Virus record (IMG/VR): IMGVR_UViG_3300024420_000237
Location: 62,001 to 116,375 of that record
Length of the DNA: 54,375 nucleotides
Direction: 5' to 3' (one strand)
DNA from: an uncultured virus (IMG/VR IMGVR_UViG_3300024420_000237)
Lineage: Duplodnaviria > Heunggongvirae > Uroviricota > Caudoviricetes
Shown here: in pieces, positions 11,101 to 21,781 of the stretch
Layout of the letters: each line of letters opens with the position of its first letter
How positions within the stretch are numbered: the first letter of the stretch is position 1
The notes under the pieces: generated by a model
What the model was told of the DNA's origin: nothing
The model's input: the letters and a program-made list of their open reading frames with translations, nothing else
Databases searched by the model: none
Made by a program: the position numbers and the translations under genes

Positions 11101-14100
11101 GCGCCCGGTGTTGTTTCTGTAATAACTAAATCTGAATTTGAACTAGAAATTGTTATTGCGTTACCTGATGCTGATGCGTCTACAATACCCAACGCATTGA
11201 TTTGATTAACAACCGATTGTGCAGTTGGATTACTTGTTGCACTATAATTACCAGCAGTCATGCCTAACACCGACAATGCTGTCCCAGCCAATGTCATTGT
11301 GTTGTTTGTACTTGCAATAGTTAACAATCCGCCCGCTGATACAGTAGATGTTATACCTGATATTGTAGATAGTTCTGTAGCAATATTTTTAAACTTACTT
11401 TGTTTATATGATGAAGTAGTTGATAAACCCAAGTCAGTTAGTGCGGAACCTGATAGTTCAAGTACACCACTTGTTGTAGTTAATATTAACTCATCATTCG
11501 CTGTTTTACTTGCAATAACATCAAGACTATTCGTATTAATGTTTAGTATAACTGCATCTATATCATCTGCCGCGGTCAGTGATAGCAATGTTCCATTAAC
11601 CTGTAGTGGTTTGTTTTGAGGTATAGTTGGCGCTGAAACAGTTCCAGTAACAGTTAAGTCTGCAAAAGACTTTGTTGTTCCATCAACGACAATAGTATCG
11701 CCTGATGCAACCGCAGTTGTTTCTGTCACAGATGAAGTCTCGCTGATGCTAGAAATTGCACTATATCCAATAGTCAATGGTGTACCATCAATTTCAATTA
11801 TGTCATCTTTGACTGACGCTAACGCCGATGTTGCTGTTGCTGTTGTTCCTCTAAATGTAACAACTGTATTCGAGTTTACAATAGTTCCATTGTTTCCATA
11901 TACAACCATTTGCATTTTTTCATTTGCTGATATTACCGGATCAACTGTTGCACCGTCACCACCTATTGCAATTCCACTTGATACTGAACCAGACCCTGGT
12001 GTGTAAGTATAGCTTATGCCATCAATTACTAATGCATCACCTGATGCAAATACTGGGTTACTTACTGAGCCTATTGCTTCAACTCCTTGTGAGGATGAAG
12101 TTGGTACAAACAAACTGCTAGATGTTGAACTATCGATTTCTACAATAAGAGGTTCATAATTTAATTCAAATACTAGGTACTCATATATTGTAATTCCGCC
12201 TACTTCTTTTGTGCCGTTGCTTACTAGATAATAATAATCTGCAATTTCTGGATCAATAGTTTCATTTTTAATTTTTATATATACGCTATCAACGATATCA
12301 ATTTCATTTACTAAACCCAAATATAACTGATTGTCTTCTGTTTCACCAACATAAGAAATTTCTGCTACTTCACTTAAGCGTCTTACGTCCCATTCACGTA
12401 TTGGGTCGAACTGCAACCAAGCTGTATCGCCTTCATATAATGTATTGGCATTCAATGATGTTAAATCATATTCTGTTTTTACTGTGTAATTAACGTCATT
12501 TCCATCCACATATCCTGTAGTTCTAATTGGAAATTCTTTTGTAATATCTCTGTACACAAAAGGCCTAGGAAGCGTATCAAATTCTACAGCATGTGGGTCA
12601 CTTAAAATGTCAATAGTGTTGACAGACTTAGTTATATTATATCCGTTGTTTACTTTACCATAGTCATCTACTTTTATTGCCCAAACATCTTGGTGAGTAA
12701 TATCTTTGAAGTTACTATTGTTGTTAATAATTCTGTTAATAGAAGACTCAGTTCCTTTATGTGCCAAGAAGCCTTTATAGAATTCTAACGCACTTTCTCT
12801 TTCAATGCCGTGATTGCTTAAGTATGCTCGTTTGTTATATCCTATTTGTGAACCTTTTAGCCCATTTATTGCTTCCAAACTTTGGTCAATAAGTGTATCT
12901 CTGTAATACTTTGACTCTTCTGCCATTGTTTCAAAGTTAGGTATTAGTTCATCGCCGTATGTTAAATAACCGTCAACTGTTAAAGTTCCGTCCCAATCTG
13001 ACTGCCTATTACAATCAATTTGCATACGTAAGTTTCTATTGTGCATATGAGGATCATATATTATGTCACCATAACTATCTACTCTGTCTACTACAAACGC
13101 ATGTTCTACGTCTTGTATATCAATCTTCATCCCGTATACCGGAACATTACTTCTAAAGTTTATGGCCTTGCCATCTGTTGTGAATGATATTTCTGAGTTT
13201 GGAATTAATCTTCCAGATGCATCTACAACACGATAGAAGTTTTTATGTGTTTCTTTTCTAACTGATGCGACACCATATGGTGCAGTGAAACTACCTGTTA
13301 ATAATACAGGAGATAGTGTAATAAAGTCTCCTGGTTCATGTGTCTCTGAACTCCATTCTAAGAATTTTAATAAAAGCTGTTTAAAGTCAATGGTGTTTCC
13401 ATCTTCATCTATATCCGTAAATCCCCAACCTATCAGTCCTAAATATTCCTGATAGCCTACCATCAAGTGTGCGACATCATCTATCGAAGTTAAAATATCA
13501 CCATAGTTGAATGTTTTTACAGCATCATTTTTAAACTTTTTCCAACCGTATGCTGTAACTACATTAGTAACTGGCCATTCTACTAGCTGTTTCCAATCCT
13601 CAATGTTATCATCTATCAATGTAGTAGATGTATGTGCATTTAGACAAACATAAGGCTGTCCTTGATATTTCATATAAGAATCTTGTCTATAATAGTTTCC
13701 TTGTTGCCAATCAGAAAGATGCATTCTGTCACCTTTAGTACTGAATGCCTTTTCGCCAGATGTTCTATCCCAATCCATTGCAAAGAATGTAGGATTGATA
13801 TCGTCATATCCTTGTATTCTATATCCAAATGATTGTGTCTTTGGTTGAGAGATAAGAGACCATGCTTGATAATCAAATTGAATTATAGGACTTGATTGTT
13901 GTTCTTTTGCTGTCTGTGACTCTGCTATTCTTCTGTAATATTTGCCGTCAAACTCATTTAAGACAATATCACCTTTTAGATATGTCATAGTATTTGCTTT
14001 TGAATATACCGGATGAGGGCTATCTAATGAAACTTTTTCAATAACAATAGCACTGAAAAATTCACTTCTATTCGGCTCACCAGAATGTATTACTAAATCA

Positions 14101-16955
14101 TAATTGTCTTTAGGAATTTCTGTATATTTACTGTTAGTCATAGATGTATTTTCTGCTAACAGCTTGAAGTTATTAACAAATCCACCTAGCTTTGAGCCAA
14201 GTTTAAATTCATAATCTTGTTTTTGTATTATGATATTTGCAGTATTATATCCTTCTCTACTATTGTAAATTGAAATACTCGTATCAATTTCATCTTTGTA
14301 TGTGTGGAATATTTTGAAAGGTTTGGTCAGCATCATTAGTATGAATTCTATGAAAGGATATTCACTTGAATTCTTCCATGCCATTTCTACTGGAGATCCA
14401 TCACCGAATTCCCAATCTTCTGATAATCTGCCTATATCATTGTTTAAGATTGATCCGCTAAAAAATAAATTATTAATATCAATATAGTTGCCGCCAGCAT
14501 CGACTGGAATTGGAACATTTGTGATATTATTAATAGAAAATAAGTTAGACCAAAAACTTGGGTCAGCAAAGTTGGAACCGTATGTAGTTCTAAACGTTGT
14601 AGGCTCTTGTGAAAGTCCTATTGTTTTCCACGGTTCTTCTATAGGATTATCTGTATTGTATGCATATTTAAATATACCACGCCAGTGTCCCGGAGAGTCT
14701 GCATTTATGTTTCTATAATTCCATGTAGTCCAATCACTAGCATCAAATCCTGTATTCTGTAAATCATCTATATTATTTCTAATTAGCCATTTCTTAAAGA
14801 AAGGATACATCGTGTAGTTCTTTTCAGAATTAGACCATTCGCTTGGTGCAGATTTGTACACCCCATAATTTACAGCATCTAAATTTGTTCTTGCAAGATT
14901 ATCATCTAGGTTGTTCCATATAAGAGTTTCAAACATTAACATAATGTCATCTGTCTTGTCGCCCCAAAGTTTCATTCTTGAACCGTCATGTCCTATAAGG
15001 AATTGTGTTACTCCGGAACTATATCCCATATCATCCATAATCATAGGTCTAAATGCTGGGTATAATTTCAAGTATGTAGCACTTGGTGGGACGAATGTTT
15101 CTTTGATGCTATCATATCTTCTAAGATAGATAGTACTGTTGCCTGATACCGGAGACCTAAAATTTAAAATATCCTTACCGCCTTGACTGATAATGATAGT
15201 ATAATCTATGTTAAGTCTTTGCAATACACCATCTTTAAATACTGACAGAGTTTCAGGAAACGCTATAGCTCCTAATTCATCAGGTACAAACTGTTCAGTA
15301 GCATCTGCTATAATTTCTGTTATTTCTGCTTCTTGGTAATTAGAGTATAATTCACCATGATTAATCATGTCAAGTTTATCAAATATACTAATGCTATCTC
15401 TCTTTGATAATGCAATTAGATTTATTGCTTCTTCTAAAATCATTAAGTCTGATTTAGATTGGCTTCCTGCATCATTGAGAATATCTCTTACTGTCGTTAC
15501 TAATTTGTTTTTGTATCCTTGATACGTTGTTGATAAAAACTCAACTGCTTTTATTGGGTCATAATCATCCCTTGTTATAGAAAAGAATGCATCTTTAACA
15601 TCAACAGAGTTTGTAACTAACACACTTCCTTTATTATGAAAAGTGTTAAGATGTCCAACAGTATTTAGGTTTCTAAAGTTATTAAATCCATTTGCTTCAC
15701 CGGTAAGACCAGGAGCAGTTTCTAAAATTCTTAAAAAATGTTCATACAATATTGAGTATGATAAATTTATATTATTGTAGCTTTTATTATCTACGTTAAA
15801 TTCTATTGAGTGATGCAATCGTTGAAAGCCGTTGTCGCCATCATTTACTACACCGCTTTTTGTACAGTAATCAATATACACAAACCCATCTGGTTCATTA
15901 TCCAATGTCACTGTATTGTTTGTCAAATCAACTGTATAATTAGCAATCTGTTTCATACCCTCAACATAAACATCAACGGCATTAGTTGTCTTTGGTGTTT
16001 GTGATAAGGTTAATACTTTCCCAGATTCTCTTCCATACTCTTGTCTAAAGTTTCTATAATCGAATGTAGTATCAATATAGATACCAGTCATTACTCCATC
16101 TAAATCATATTGTGCATTATCAGGTATATCAACAATAAATTGAAATTCACTAGCATAATCGCCTGCTTTTAATAATGGAACAAATCCTAATTCTTGGTCT
16201 GCGTTATATAATGCGGAATCACCAATCACATATGAAAAGATTTTTGAATCTACTATATTTCCAGCATTGCCATCTTTGTCATATATTTTAAATGTAGGAA
16301 ACTCCCAATCTGTTGAAGCGACTTTATTTAAACTATCATTTCCAAGTTCTATTCTACTATCAAATTCTATGATAGGACGTTTAGCTTGTTCTATCTTATC
16401 ACTATTTGTACTTGTTATAAATGATTTTATATCATCGTAATGATACCATGAGTTTTCATTAGACCACCAGTTATCAACTGCAAAAAGATTTGCATCGTCC
16501 CTGGCAATCGTAACATAATGTTTTTTATTACTACCAGTTATAGTTAGGTCGAATCCTGGCTTAACCCAGTAATACATTTCGTAGTTTATAAACTTGTCTA
16601 AGTCTACTGGTATATTAATTGTTTTCTTTGTAGTATCGAATAATCTTCTATGGTCATTTGTCAAAGCACCTTTATTAAATAAAGAATTCAACATGTCTTC
16701 ATAAAAGACCTTATCATTCTTACTAGAGTATACTGGTTCTAAACCGTAATTCTCACGACCATATGCATGTGGAGGAAACGAGAGATATATATCTTCTTCT
16801 CTGTTTATTCCTTTTTCTTTTCTACCAACATATGCTCTTGTCTTTTCGACTGAGCCTTTTGAGAATGCTCGTTCAAGTGTGCCTTCAAAGATAGTTTGTA
16901 ATTCACTATTCTTTAAATGTCCCGGAAGAAAGTCATAAATTTTATTCTTAGCCAT
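8115..16955 (-). CDS. Very large baseplate/virion structural protein (2946 aa)
   Basis: Uninterrupted ORF following the gp6-like gene; contains CBM5/12-like motifs (WQQGNYYRQDSYMKYQGQPYVCLNAHTS), an S/T-rich repeat block and a late KPYHTKIR motif. Confidence 0.7.
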   Translation of the reverse strand: MAKNKIYDFLPGHLKNSELQTIFEGTLERAFSKGSVEKTRAYVGRKEKGINREEDIYLSFPPHAYGRENYGLEPVYSSKNDKVFYEDMLNSLFNKGALTNDHRRLFDTTKKTINIPVDLDKFINYEMYYWVKPGFDLTITGSNKKHYVTIARDDANLFAVDNWWSNENSWYHYDDIKSFITSTNSDKIEQAKRPIIEFDSRIELGNDSLNKVASTDWEFPTFKIYDKDGNAGNIVDSKIFSYVIGDSALYNADQELGFVPLLKAGDYASEFQFIVDIPDNAQYDLDGVMTGIYIDTTFDYRNFRQEYGRESGKVLTLSQTPKTTNAVDVYVEGMKQIANYTVDLTNNTVTLDNEPDGFVYIDYCTKSGVVNDGDNGFQRLHHSIEFNVDNKSYNNINLSYSILYEHFLRILETAPGLTGEANGFNNFRNLNTVGHLNTFHNKGSVLVTNSVDVKDAFFSITRDDYDPIKAVEFLSTTYQGYKNKLVTTVRDILNDAGSQSKSDLMILEEAINLIALSKRDSISIFDKLDMINHGELYSNYQEAEITEIIADATEQFVPDELGAIAFPETLSVFKDGVLQRLNIDYTIIISQGGKDILNFRSPVSGNSTIYLRRYDSIKETFVPPSATYLKLYPAFRPMIMDDMGYSSGVTQFLIGHDGSRMKLWGDKTDDIMLMFETLIWNNLDDNLARTNLDAVNYGVYKSAPSEWSNSEKNYTMYPFFKKWLIRNNIDDLQNTGFDASDWTTWNYRNINADSPGHWRGIFKYAYNTDNPIEEPWKTIGLSQEPTTFRTTYGSNFADPSFWSNLFSINNITNVPIPVDAGGNYIDINNLFFSGSILNNDIGRLSEDWEFGDGSPVEMAWKNSSEYPFIEFILMMLTKPFKIFHTYKDEIDTSISIYNSREGYNTANIIIQKQDYEFKLGSKLGGFVNNFKLLAENTSMTNSKYTEIPKDNYDLVIHSGEPNRSEFFSAIVIEKVSLDSPHPVYSKANTMTYLKGDIVLNEFDGKYYRRIAESQTAKEQQSSPIIQFDYQAWSLISQPKTQSFGYRIQGYDDINPTFFAMDWDRTSGEKAFSTKGDRMHLSDWQQGNYYRQDSYMKYQGQPYVCLNAHTSTTLIDDNIEDWKQLVEWPVTNVVTAYGWKKFKNDAVKTFNYGDILTSIDDVAHLMVGYQEYLGLIGWGFTDIDEDGNTIDFKQLLLKFLEWSSETHEPGDFITLSPVLLTGSFTAPYGVASVRKETHKNFYRVVDASGRLIPNSEISFTTDGKAINFRSNVPVYGMKIDIQDVEHAFVVDRVDSYGDIIYDPHMHNRNLRMQIDCNRQSDWDGTLTVDGYLTYGDELIPNFETMAEESKYYRDTLIDQSLEAINGLKGSQIGYNKRAYLSNHGIERESALEFYKGFLAHKGTESSINRIINNNSNFKDITHQDVWAIKVDDYGKVNNGYNITKSVNTIDILSDPHAVEFDTLPRPFVYRDITKEFPIRTTGYVDGNDVNYTVKTEYDLTSLNANTLYEGDTAWLQFDPIREWDVRRLSEVAEISYVGETEDNQLYLGLVNEIDIVDSVYIKIKNETIDPEIADYYYLVSNGTKEVGGITIYEYLVFELNYEPLIVEIDSSTSSSLFVPTSSSQGVEAIGSVSNPVFASGDALVIDGISYTYTPGSGSVSSGIAIGGDGATVDPVISANEKMQMVVYGNNGTIVNSNTVVTFRGTTATATSALASVKDDIIEIDGTPLTIGYSAISSISETSSVTETTAVASGDTIVVDGTTKSFADLTVTGTVSAPTIPQNKPLQVNGTLLSLTAADDIDAVILNINTNSLDVIASKTANDELILTTTSGVLELSGSALTDLGLSTTSSYKQSKFKNIATELSTISGITSTVSAGGLLTIASTNNTMTLAGTALSVLGMTAGNYSATSNPTAQSVVNQINALGIVDASASGNAITISSSNSDLVITETTPGAMGRLGFATTTVTVDALTNIIEDIQNQALQGVTGVTLSKSASGRQLQIVSSQSSIVLSNITGNPLNDLGILVGTYNNSTTVSSSASEFKDYINSQSSDIIVNITSDGRMVFTTSAVSLTFSGTTDAMLSKLGLYRDYTSVTSNANFKAMRWKSMRFTPNYLFETFDEFYTDLGLNAEALIWADDYISEGWAVLNRNSTGSLLIRNRQANTLEVDYMKRVIIKDGNNFFNYQLYDPLNLKFPGSATRDIDYVTWEDPAGYDTTTDNELWLDENLGKIWWDTTLARYYRYNDYGDANKLIVESFASKYWGKLVAGSEINIKQWSKSEQLPEGITKFTTKVYFDTTKNKSITEYYYWSEVGNSPVAGKTLSIAEIKMLLESGDINNKFIPISNNKILISNNAYIFENESIDVSIEYRVTSDISAKHTDWKFVKEGGKYDTSVVDGELQRQMIDSIANVHFEQYDQKKVEQSMLGDPNHTIITFPILSGLYGGGRDDATINDTVVTLNSKIIDASDIGFDISTTNPNLAKLLIAKSVTVLPDDVVRVYRMIPTENNWFTNLQIARENFASILNKELSNKHLTGSFPFYKDFIEPDQLALSLGDWYLADEYKEIKRYGYLSKTRNFDMLKLYKEGVTSFKLELPTHDEYYAEHDGALRLVHSSKNALRLSYNDLVFPENDQASAKYYENALGVQIHELMGLLITYPKRNLLNNLLFGMINYMYTEKTHPDWIFKSSYIDITMYHRDLRQYAIYQRDSEEDILEYLTEAKPYHTKIRTKTRIYGKDELIKSDVDIEEKMEISLDFGNHSRYIESDTIDGGDEQIIDADNYVDIADGTWEQGRLLRTRQEYTAEAGGFDTGLVLPTILDSSTVMVKQYTDATKTTHDKTYMFVYDMFGRGWRIGVDAESTATSFDGTTVVVDTPASFKTASKKNKKLIAFENETTGVIEFMTYNKKASQNLTIDERGLYTGLHTAPGSTSKVYALDTPLEMVLHGKLKTEWI

Positions 16956-19900
16956 TGCTTACTACATCCTCGCCTTGAAGTTCTGATGATGAAATTGCTG
17001 AAATGATTTTAACATTTTCTGATGTTGTTACACTTAAGAAAATTTCATTTGGTTCACTAGTAATACTTAGCAAGTCTGTAAAACCGCTAGTAGAATATTT
17101 AGGTGTTGTAACAACACTTGCAATATAATCTCCAAGTTGATTATGTAAGTATGATGCTAATTCTGAGAAGTAGAATGTGTCACCAAACTCCCAGTTATCT
17201 AATTCGAAGTATTCATTTACTTTAGTTGACACTGCGGTCTTGACCTCACTGTCAGTATATGCTGTTCCTGATTTCTTAACAACTTTGAATGTAGCCTGAT
17301 TTTCAGGAGATGCGAAGTTGCCGAACAAGTATTTGAACTTGACTGGTATATATGAAATATGGTCTGCAATAGACGATTTGGGTTCAATACCACTCATCAA
17401 TGTTGACAATTCGTAATTATTTGGAGATGTAGGTACTGCTGTTTTGAAACCACCTGCTATCCATTGATTTACTTGTCTTACATAGTCACTTGTAAGAACA
17501 TACATATCAACTATATTACTTGTACTCGGATCAATTCTTTTATCTACATCTGCATAATGATCCCATCTATAACTCATAAATTTGTCTTCAACAAAACTTT
17601 TGCCATCGACTACTGAGTATTGTGTGTCGCCATACCAAATAACTGTAGGAGATTGTTGATAGTACACAAACGATTTTGACCAAGTACCTGCTTGATATAA
17701 GTACCATTCGCTATCATCTGTGTTAAACCATATTTTATAACTTGGTAAATTGCCTTCTGGTGTTGGGTTACTAACTGTTCCGGCATTTGGTGCCGCTGTT
17801 GCAGATTTTGATGCTCTATGTAAATCTATATTTTCATAGCCTGCATGACTGAATTTGTATGACTCTATAATAAATTTAGATGAAGTCACGTTTCCTTGGT
17901 CATCTTTTAAATTAAATACATTCAATAATCCATATGGATTTCCGTCTGCACTTAATGTCAGTAATTTAACTCTTGTAGGATCAATGTATCCTGAACTTAT
18001 TCTATATTCATCATAAACATATGCACTTGTAGTAACGTAAGATGATGTTTGTACTTCAACTTTCTTAGCTACTTGTACATCGGCCACAACTTTGACTCCA
18101 AAGTCTGCTAATGTAGTAGTGGCACTACCATCGCCTACAAAAACATCTAATAAACTTGAAGTGCCTGGATCTATTGTCCAGAATATAATTTTATATGAAT
18201 TGCCAGCACCCGCTACTAATTCACAATGATTCGATGATATAATTTGTCCGTTGTTATCTTTGATAACCATATTAGATTGTGTTATAGTTTCAGATGTTGA
18301 GAAATTTATTTCACCGTATGCTGTCTGTTTAAATCTAACATCATTTTCTGCGGTATCAGATTGTGTTATACCATCTCCGCCTGTGCCATCTGGTTGTACA
18401 TTCCAATTCTTATATGGATATGTAAATTTATACGATGAAGTTCCTGACAAGTATTCTGTAATGAAATCTTTTTGTACACCTGTCATACCAAATGTTGCAG
18501 TCTCTCTTGTTTCTCCAGTTGGTAATGAACTAGTATCAATCCATAAAAAGTTATTTGTTGTCGGTGCAGAACCAAAATATGATAAAGAAGGTTCGCCCTT
18601 AAACCCATGTATATTTTTTAAGTTAGTGGACGATATTGTACTATGTGATGCTACTGCGTTTGCTTGTGCTTCTGCGTTCTGTTCGCCATCAATTGGCATT
18701 CCGTTTGGTGAAATGTGCGTTTCAGACCCTGTCGTTACAACCGAATCGTCTTCTACATTCGTTAGCAATGAAACATATTGAGACAAATCATCAACTTCAA
18801 GTTCTAATTCAAAATCAGGAGTTGAACCGATGATATTATTTGGTGTTGCAGGTGAAGTTATTGCACTAGTTGGCAAGTCGTATGTAATTCCCGCAGGCGA
18901 TACTAATTGATGTTTATAATCAACTGTCGAAATAGTACTGTTATTCTCAACATAGTCGTATGTTACATCTGCACCGGTGTTGCGATATTTTGCCTTGAAT
19001 GTTCCACCGCCACTGCCGTTTGATGCAAATTCTGACACTGGTGTATAACCTACAGTAATCTCATCTGAAATATTTGAGTCCGAAGAGGTTACTGTCTTAG
19101 CGCCATCATAGTAGTTAATTAATAGTTTGTCTCTTTCAGCAAGATTTGTTTCATTATCTACAACTACTTCATTGTTGCCATAATAAAATCTAACTTGGTC
19201 GTAGCTTTCAAACACAACTTTCTTGCCGTTAATTTTGGCAACATACATAGTTTCGTGGGTTCGAATGCCAGGATTATATTCATACTCTACTTTTATTTTA
19301 TCACTGAGGTCTACTACTCCATCCCATATTTTCCATTCCCATTTAGTTGTTTGTCCTTGAGCAACATCATAATATAAAGTAAATGATGTAACATTCAAGT
19401 CATCAATTTTTTGAGTTTTGATTGCTGTGATTTCTGCTTCTGTAAATTTACTTCTGTAGCCTCTGATTACAGATTTCAATGTTCCCTTTTCTGTAATGAC
19501 TCTATCTAAAATAATCTGTCCTGGGTCTGTAGAAACAACTTTTTTAACTCTTGCATAATACTCCGTACTTGACTCTCCTAGTATTTTTACATAGTCACCT
19601 TGTTCTATATTCCAAGGCGCAGTGCCTTCGATTTGTAAATTATTTAATGGGCTTTTTGTATATAATTCATTTACGTCAATATTAATACTAGCCGCGTCTC
19701 GGTATAAATGATAAAACTTATTAAACAATGACGGATGTCCGATTGCTCTTGAAAGTTCATTTCTAATAAAATCATCGCTGTTGCCACTAGTCCTATTAAA
19801 GTACAATGACATGTTTAGGCTTTCGTCTTCAACAAACACAGAACCATCTGTTCCTGTAATGCTTAAGTTTGAGTGATGTCCGGTAACGTCATCCATTTCA

Positions 19901-21294
19901 AAGTAACGAGAATTGCCTGCAAAACTTGTGTTTACTGATTTCAGCTTTCTTACAATGTTGTTACCTAATGTTAATGGGTATACATTGTAGTCCTGTGCGT
20001 TGACCATTCTGTCTTGGGCGTAATATGATTTCTGTGCAATTCTTCTTACGCTTGTGAATGTTTCACCCGCAAAGTTTTCACCAAAGTCTTTAGTGCTTGC
20101 CATTGTAATTGTAAGTCTGTATGACTTATCATCTGCACCAGTATATGGGATAGATATTGTAACGTTTGAAATATCGCCTGAATTTACAGAAAAGTTTTCG
20201 TTTGTACAAGTTCTAAACCATGCTCTATAATCACCGAATGCCGCATTGCCGAATATACCGTCTGGATATCTAAGTTCGATTGTATTGTTAATACCAGTTG
20301 AGATATTTACAAGGTCGCCATTTCCAGTTCTAAGTGAATTGTAGATTGCAGTTTCACGTGTATCATTGTCAACTTTAGTAACATCTGATTTATAATTTAA
20401 GTTACTATCTAATTTGTGCAACCAAACATCAGTATTAGAAACGTTTGCATCTGTTAATGTTTCTACTCTATTAGATGCCTTTATTCCATATCTAAAGTTC
20501 TCAAATTGCAGTTGTCCTGCTTTAGCAAGAACGAAGAAACCTGTTCTGTCTGATGCAGGTCCCAAGTTATCATTTCTATTAATGATTGTGAAATTTTTAT
20601 CATTGAGCGGAGCACCTTCTATAATCTTATTATTTTCGATACTTGCTCTTACAGCCTCAAACCGTCTATTGGCACCTGCTACATTCGATGTGAATGCGTA
20701 TGCAATAGATTTAGAATTCTTGTTCTCATTTACTTCATATAAGTAATTTTCAACATTGCCGATATTCAAACTTGCACTAGGATCTTGAATTTTTGTATTT
20801 TTATTGAATGAAGAATTTAAAACAGTAATGAATTTTTCATACCAGTCAACATCATTTGAGTCATTCCAGTTAACAACGTTGCCGGCGAGAGAGTTACCTT
20901 CGTTGTCTGCTACATCTTCTGTAGTTGTGACGCTTGTGATTTTCATCATACCACTTGCATTGATTGGTCGTGTCTTTGTATAACCAAGTGTTCTAGCCAT
21001 ACGTAAAATACTTTCACGGCGTTCAGCCGTATCCATAAAGTTTTCACGTGTATTCATATCACTTCTGAATGCTAGTGAATGTCCTAAGTATGCTACAAGG
21101 TCTAAAATCGCAATGAATTCAGAACTTGCTATAAAATCATTAAATTTTTCTGGGTATGTCTTATTGATGTACGCAAGTAAACTTTCACGTATTGTATCGA
21201 AATCATAAGACTTCAAACTCACGTTACTGAAAGCAGTGTATACACTGGTCCAGCTTTCACTTGCAAATAAGTTATCTATTCTTTCTTGACTCAT
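16948..21294 (-). CDS. gp6: Baseplate wedge subunit (T4 gp6-like) with a large internal insertion
   Basis: YDFDTIRESL, LDLVAYLG, ENFMDTAERRESILRMARTLGY, FGDG-equivalent YPDGIFG and QDRMVNAQDY motifs; follows gp25. Confidence 0.8.
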   Translation of the reverse strand: MSQERIDNLFASESWTSVYTAFSNVSLKSYDFDTIRESLLAYINKTYPEKFNDFIASSEFIAILDLVAYLGHSLAFRSDMNTRENFMDTAERRESILRMARTLGYTKTRPINASGMMKITSVTTTEDVADNEGNSLAGNVVNWNDSNDVDWYEKFITVLNSSFNKNTKIQDPSASLNIGNVENYLYEVNENKNSKSIAYAFTSNVAGANRRFEAVRASIENNKIIEGAPLNDKNFTIINRNDNLGPASDRTGFFVLAKAGQLQFENFRYGIKASNRVETLTDANVSNTDVWLHKLDSNLNYKSDVTKVDNDTRETAIYNSLRTGNGDLVNISTGINNTIELRYPDGIFGNAAFGDYRAWFRTCTNENFSVNSGDISNVTISIPYTGADDKSYRLTITMASTKDFGENFAGETFTSVRRIAQKSYYAQDRMVNAQDYNVYPLTLGNNIVRKLKSVNTSFAGNSRYFEMDDVTGHHSNLSITGTDGSVFVEDESLNMSLYFNRTSGNSDDFIRNELSRAIGHPSLFNKFYHLYRDAASINIDVNELYTKSPLNNLQIEGTAPWNIEQGDYVKILGESSTEYYARVKKVVSTDPGQIILDRVITEKGTLKSVIRGYRSKFTEAEITAIKTQKIDDLNVTSFTLYYDVAQGQTTKWEWKIWDGVVDLSDKIKVEYEYNPGIRTHETMYVAKINGKKVVFESYDQVRFYYGNNEVVVDNETNLAERDKLLINYYDGAKTVTSSDSNISDEITVGYTPVSEFASNGSGGGTFKAKYRNTGADVTYDYVENNSTISTVDYKHQLVSPAGITYDLPTSAITSPATPNNIIGSTPDFELELEVDDLSQYVSLLTNVEDDSVVTTGSETHISPNGMPIDGEQNAEAQANAVASHSTISSTNLKNIHGFKGEPSLSYFGSAPTTNNFLWIDTSSLPTGETRETATFGMTGVQKDFITEYLSGTSSYKFTYPYKNWNVQPDGTGGDGITQSDTAENDVRFKQTAYGEINFSTSETITQSNMVIKDNNGQIISSNHCELVAGAGNSYKIIFWTIDPGTSSLLDVFVGDGSATTTLADFGVKVVADVQVAKKVEVQTSSYVTTSAYVYDEYRISSGYIDPTRVKLLTLSADGNPYGLLNVFNLKDDQGNVTSSKFIIESYKFSHAGYENIDLHRASKSATAAPNAGTVSNPTPEGNLPSYKIWFNTDDSEWYLYQAGTWSKSFVYYQQSPTVIWYGDTQYSVVDGKSFVEDKFMSYRWDHYADVDKRIDPSTSNIVDMYVLTSDYVRQVNQWIAGGFKTAVPTSPNNYELSTLMSGIEPKSSIADHISYIPVKFKYLFGNFASPENQATFKVVKKSGTAYTDSEVKTAVSTKVNEYFELDNWEFGDTFYFSELASYLHNQLGDYIASVVTTPKYSTSGFTDLLSITSEPNEIFLSVTTSENVKIISAISSSELQGEDVVSNG

Positions 21295-21298
21295 TTTT

Positions 21299-21655
21299 TT
21301 ATTCTCTCTTTAAATCTATTGTTAGTGTTACAGGCTCATTATCTGGTAATATAGCGACACTAATAGATGCTGTGACTGTATGCTCACCTTCAGTTAAGTT
21401 AATGGACTCTAAATTCACTCTAGGTTCATCGCTGATGATGTTCGTTAAATCTTCTTCAATAAGTGTTCTTATGTTAGAGGTCAACGGCTCAAAGATAAGG
21501 TCATGTATAATCGACCCATAAGTAGGCATCATAATTCTTTCGCCTTTGCGAGTCATGATATTATTCAATAAATCTTCTACTACTAACTCTTTTCCAGTTA
21601 GAGTATGATTGATTGCACTTTTGTTTTTAGTACTGAAACCTATAAATCTTGCCAT
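21299..21655 (-). CDS. gp25: Baseplate wedge subunit (gp25/GPW family)
   Basis: [23 protein letters not shown] signature. Start moved to ATG 21655 (MARFIGF), downstream of the late promoter at 21682-21689. Confidence 0.9.
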   Translation of the reverse strand: MARFIGFSTKNKSAINHTLTGKELVVEDLLNNIMTRKGERIMMPTYGSIIHDLIFEPLTSNIRTLIEEDLTNIISDEPRVNLESINLTEGEHTVTASISVAILPDNEPVTLTIDLKRE

Positions 21656-21681
21656 AATGTTCTCTCTATACTTATTAAGAG

Positions 21682-21744
21682 TATTTATCAACATATAAAC
21701 TTCGTACTTTTTGTATTGACTTTTGTTGTAATTTCTGTTATTAT
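21682..21744. promoter_or_regulatory. Divergent control region: late promoter (-), imperfect palindrome, sigma70 promoter (+) for clpP
   Basis: GATAAATA on minus at 21689-21682; TAAACTTCGTACTTTT at 21696-21711; TTGACT 21716-21721, 17 bp, TGnTATTAT ending 21744. Confidence 0.65.
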
Positions 21745-21781
21745 TAATTTAATCAAATACAAATGGAGAATAAATAAAAGT

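Noticed and set aside
21605..21781. N-terminal extensions of ClpP and gp25 given by the ORF track (likewise for gp55 and gp47)
   Set aside because: They run through promoter elements or neighbouring genes; downstream ATGs match the family N-termini.
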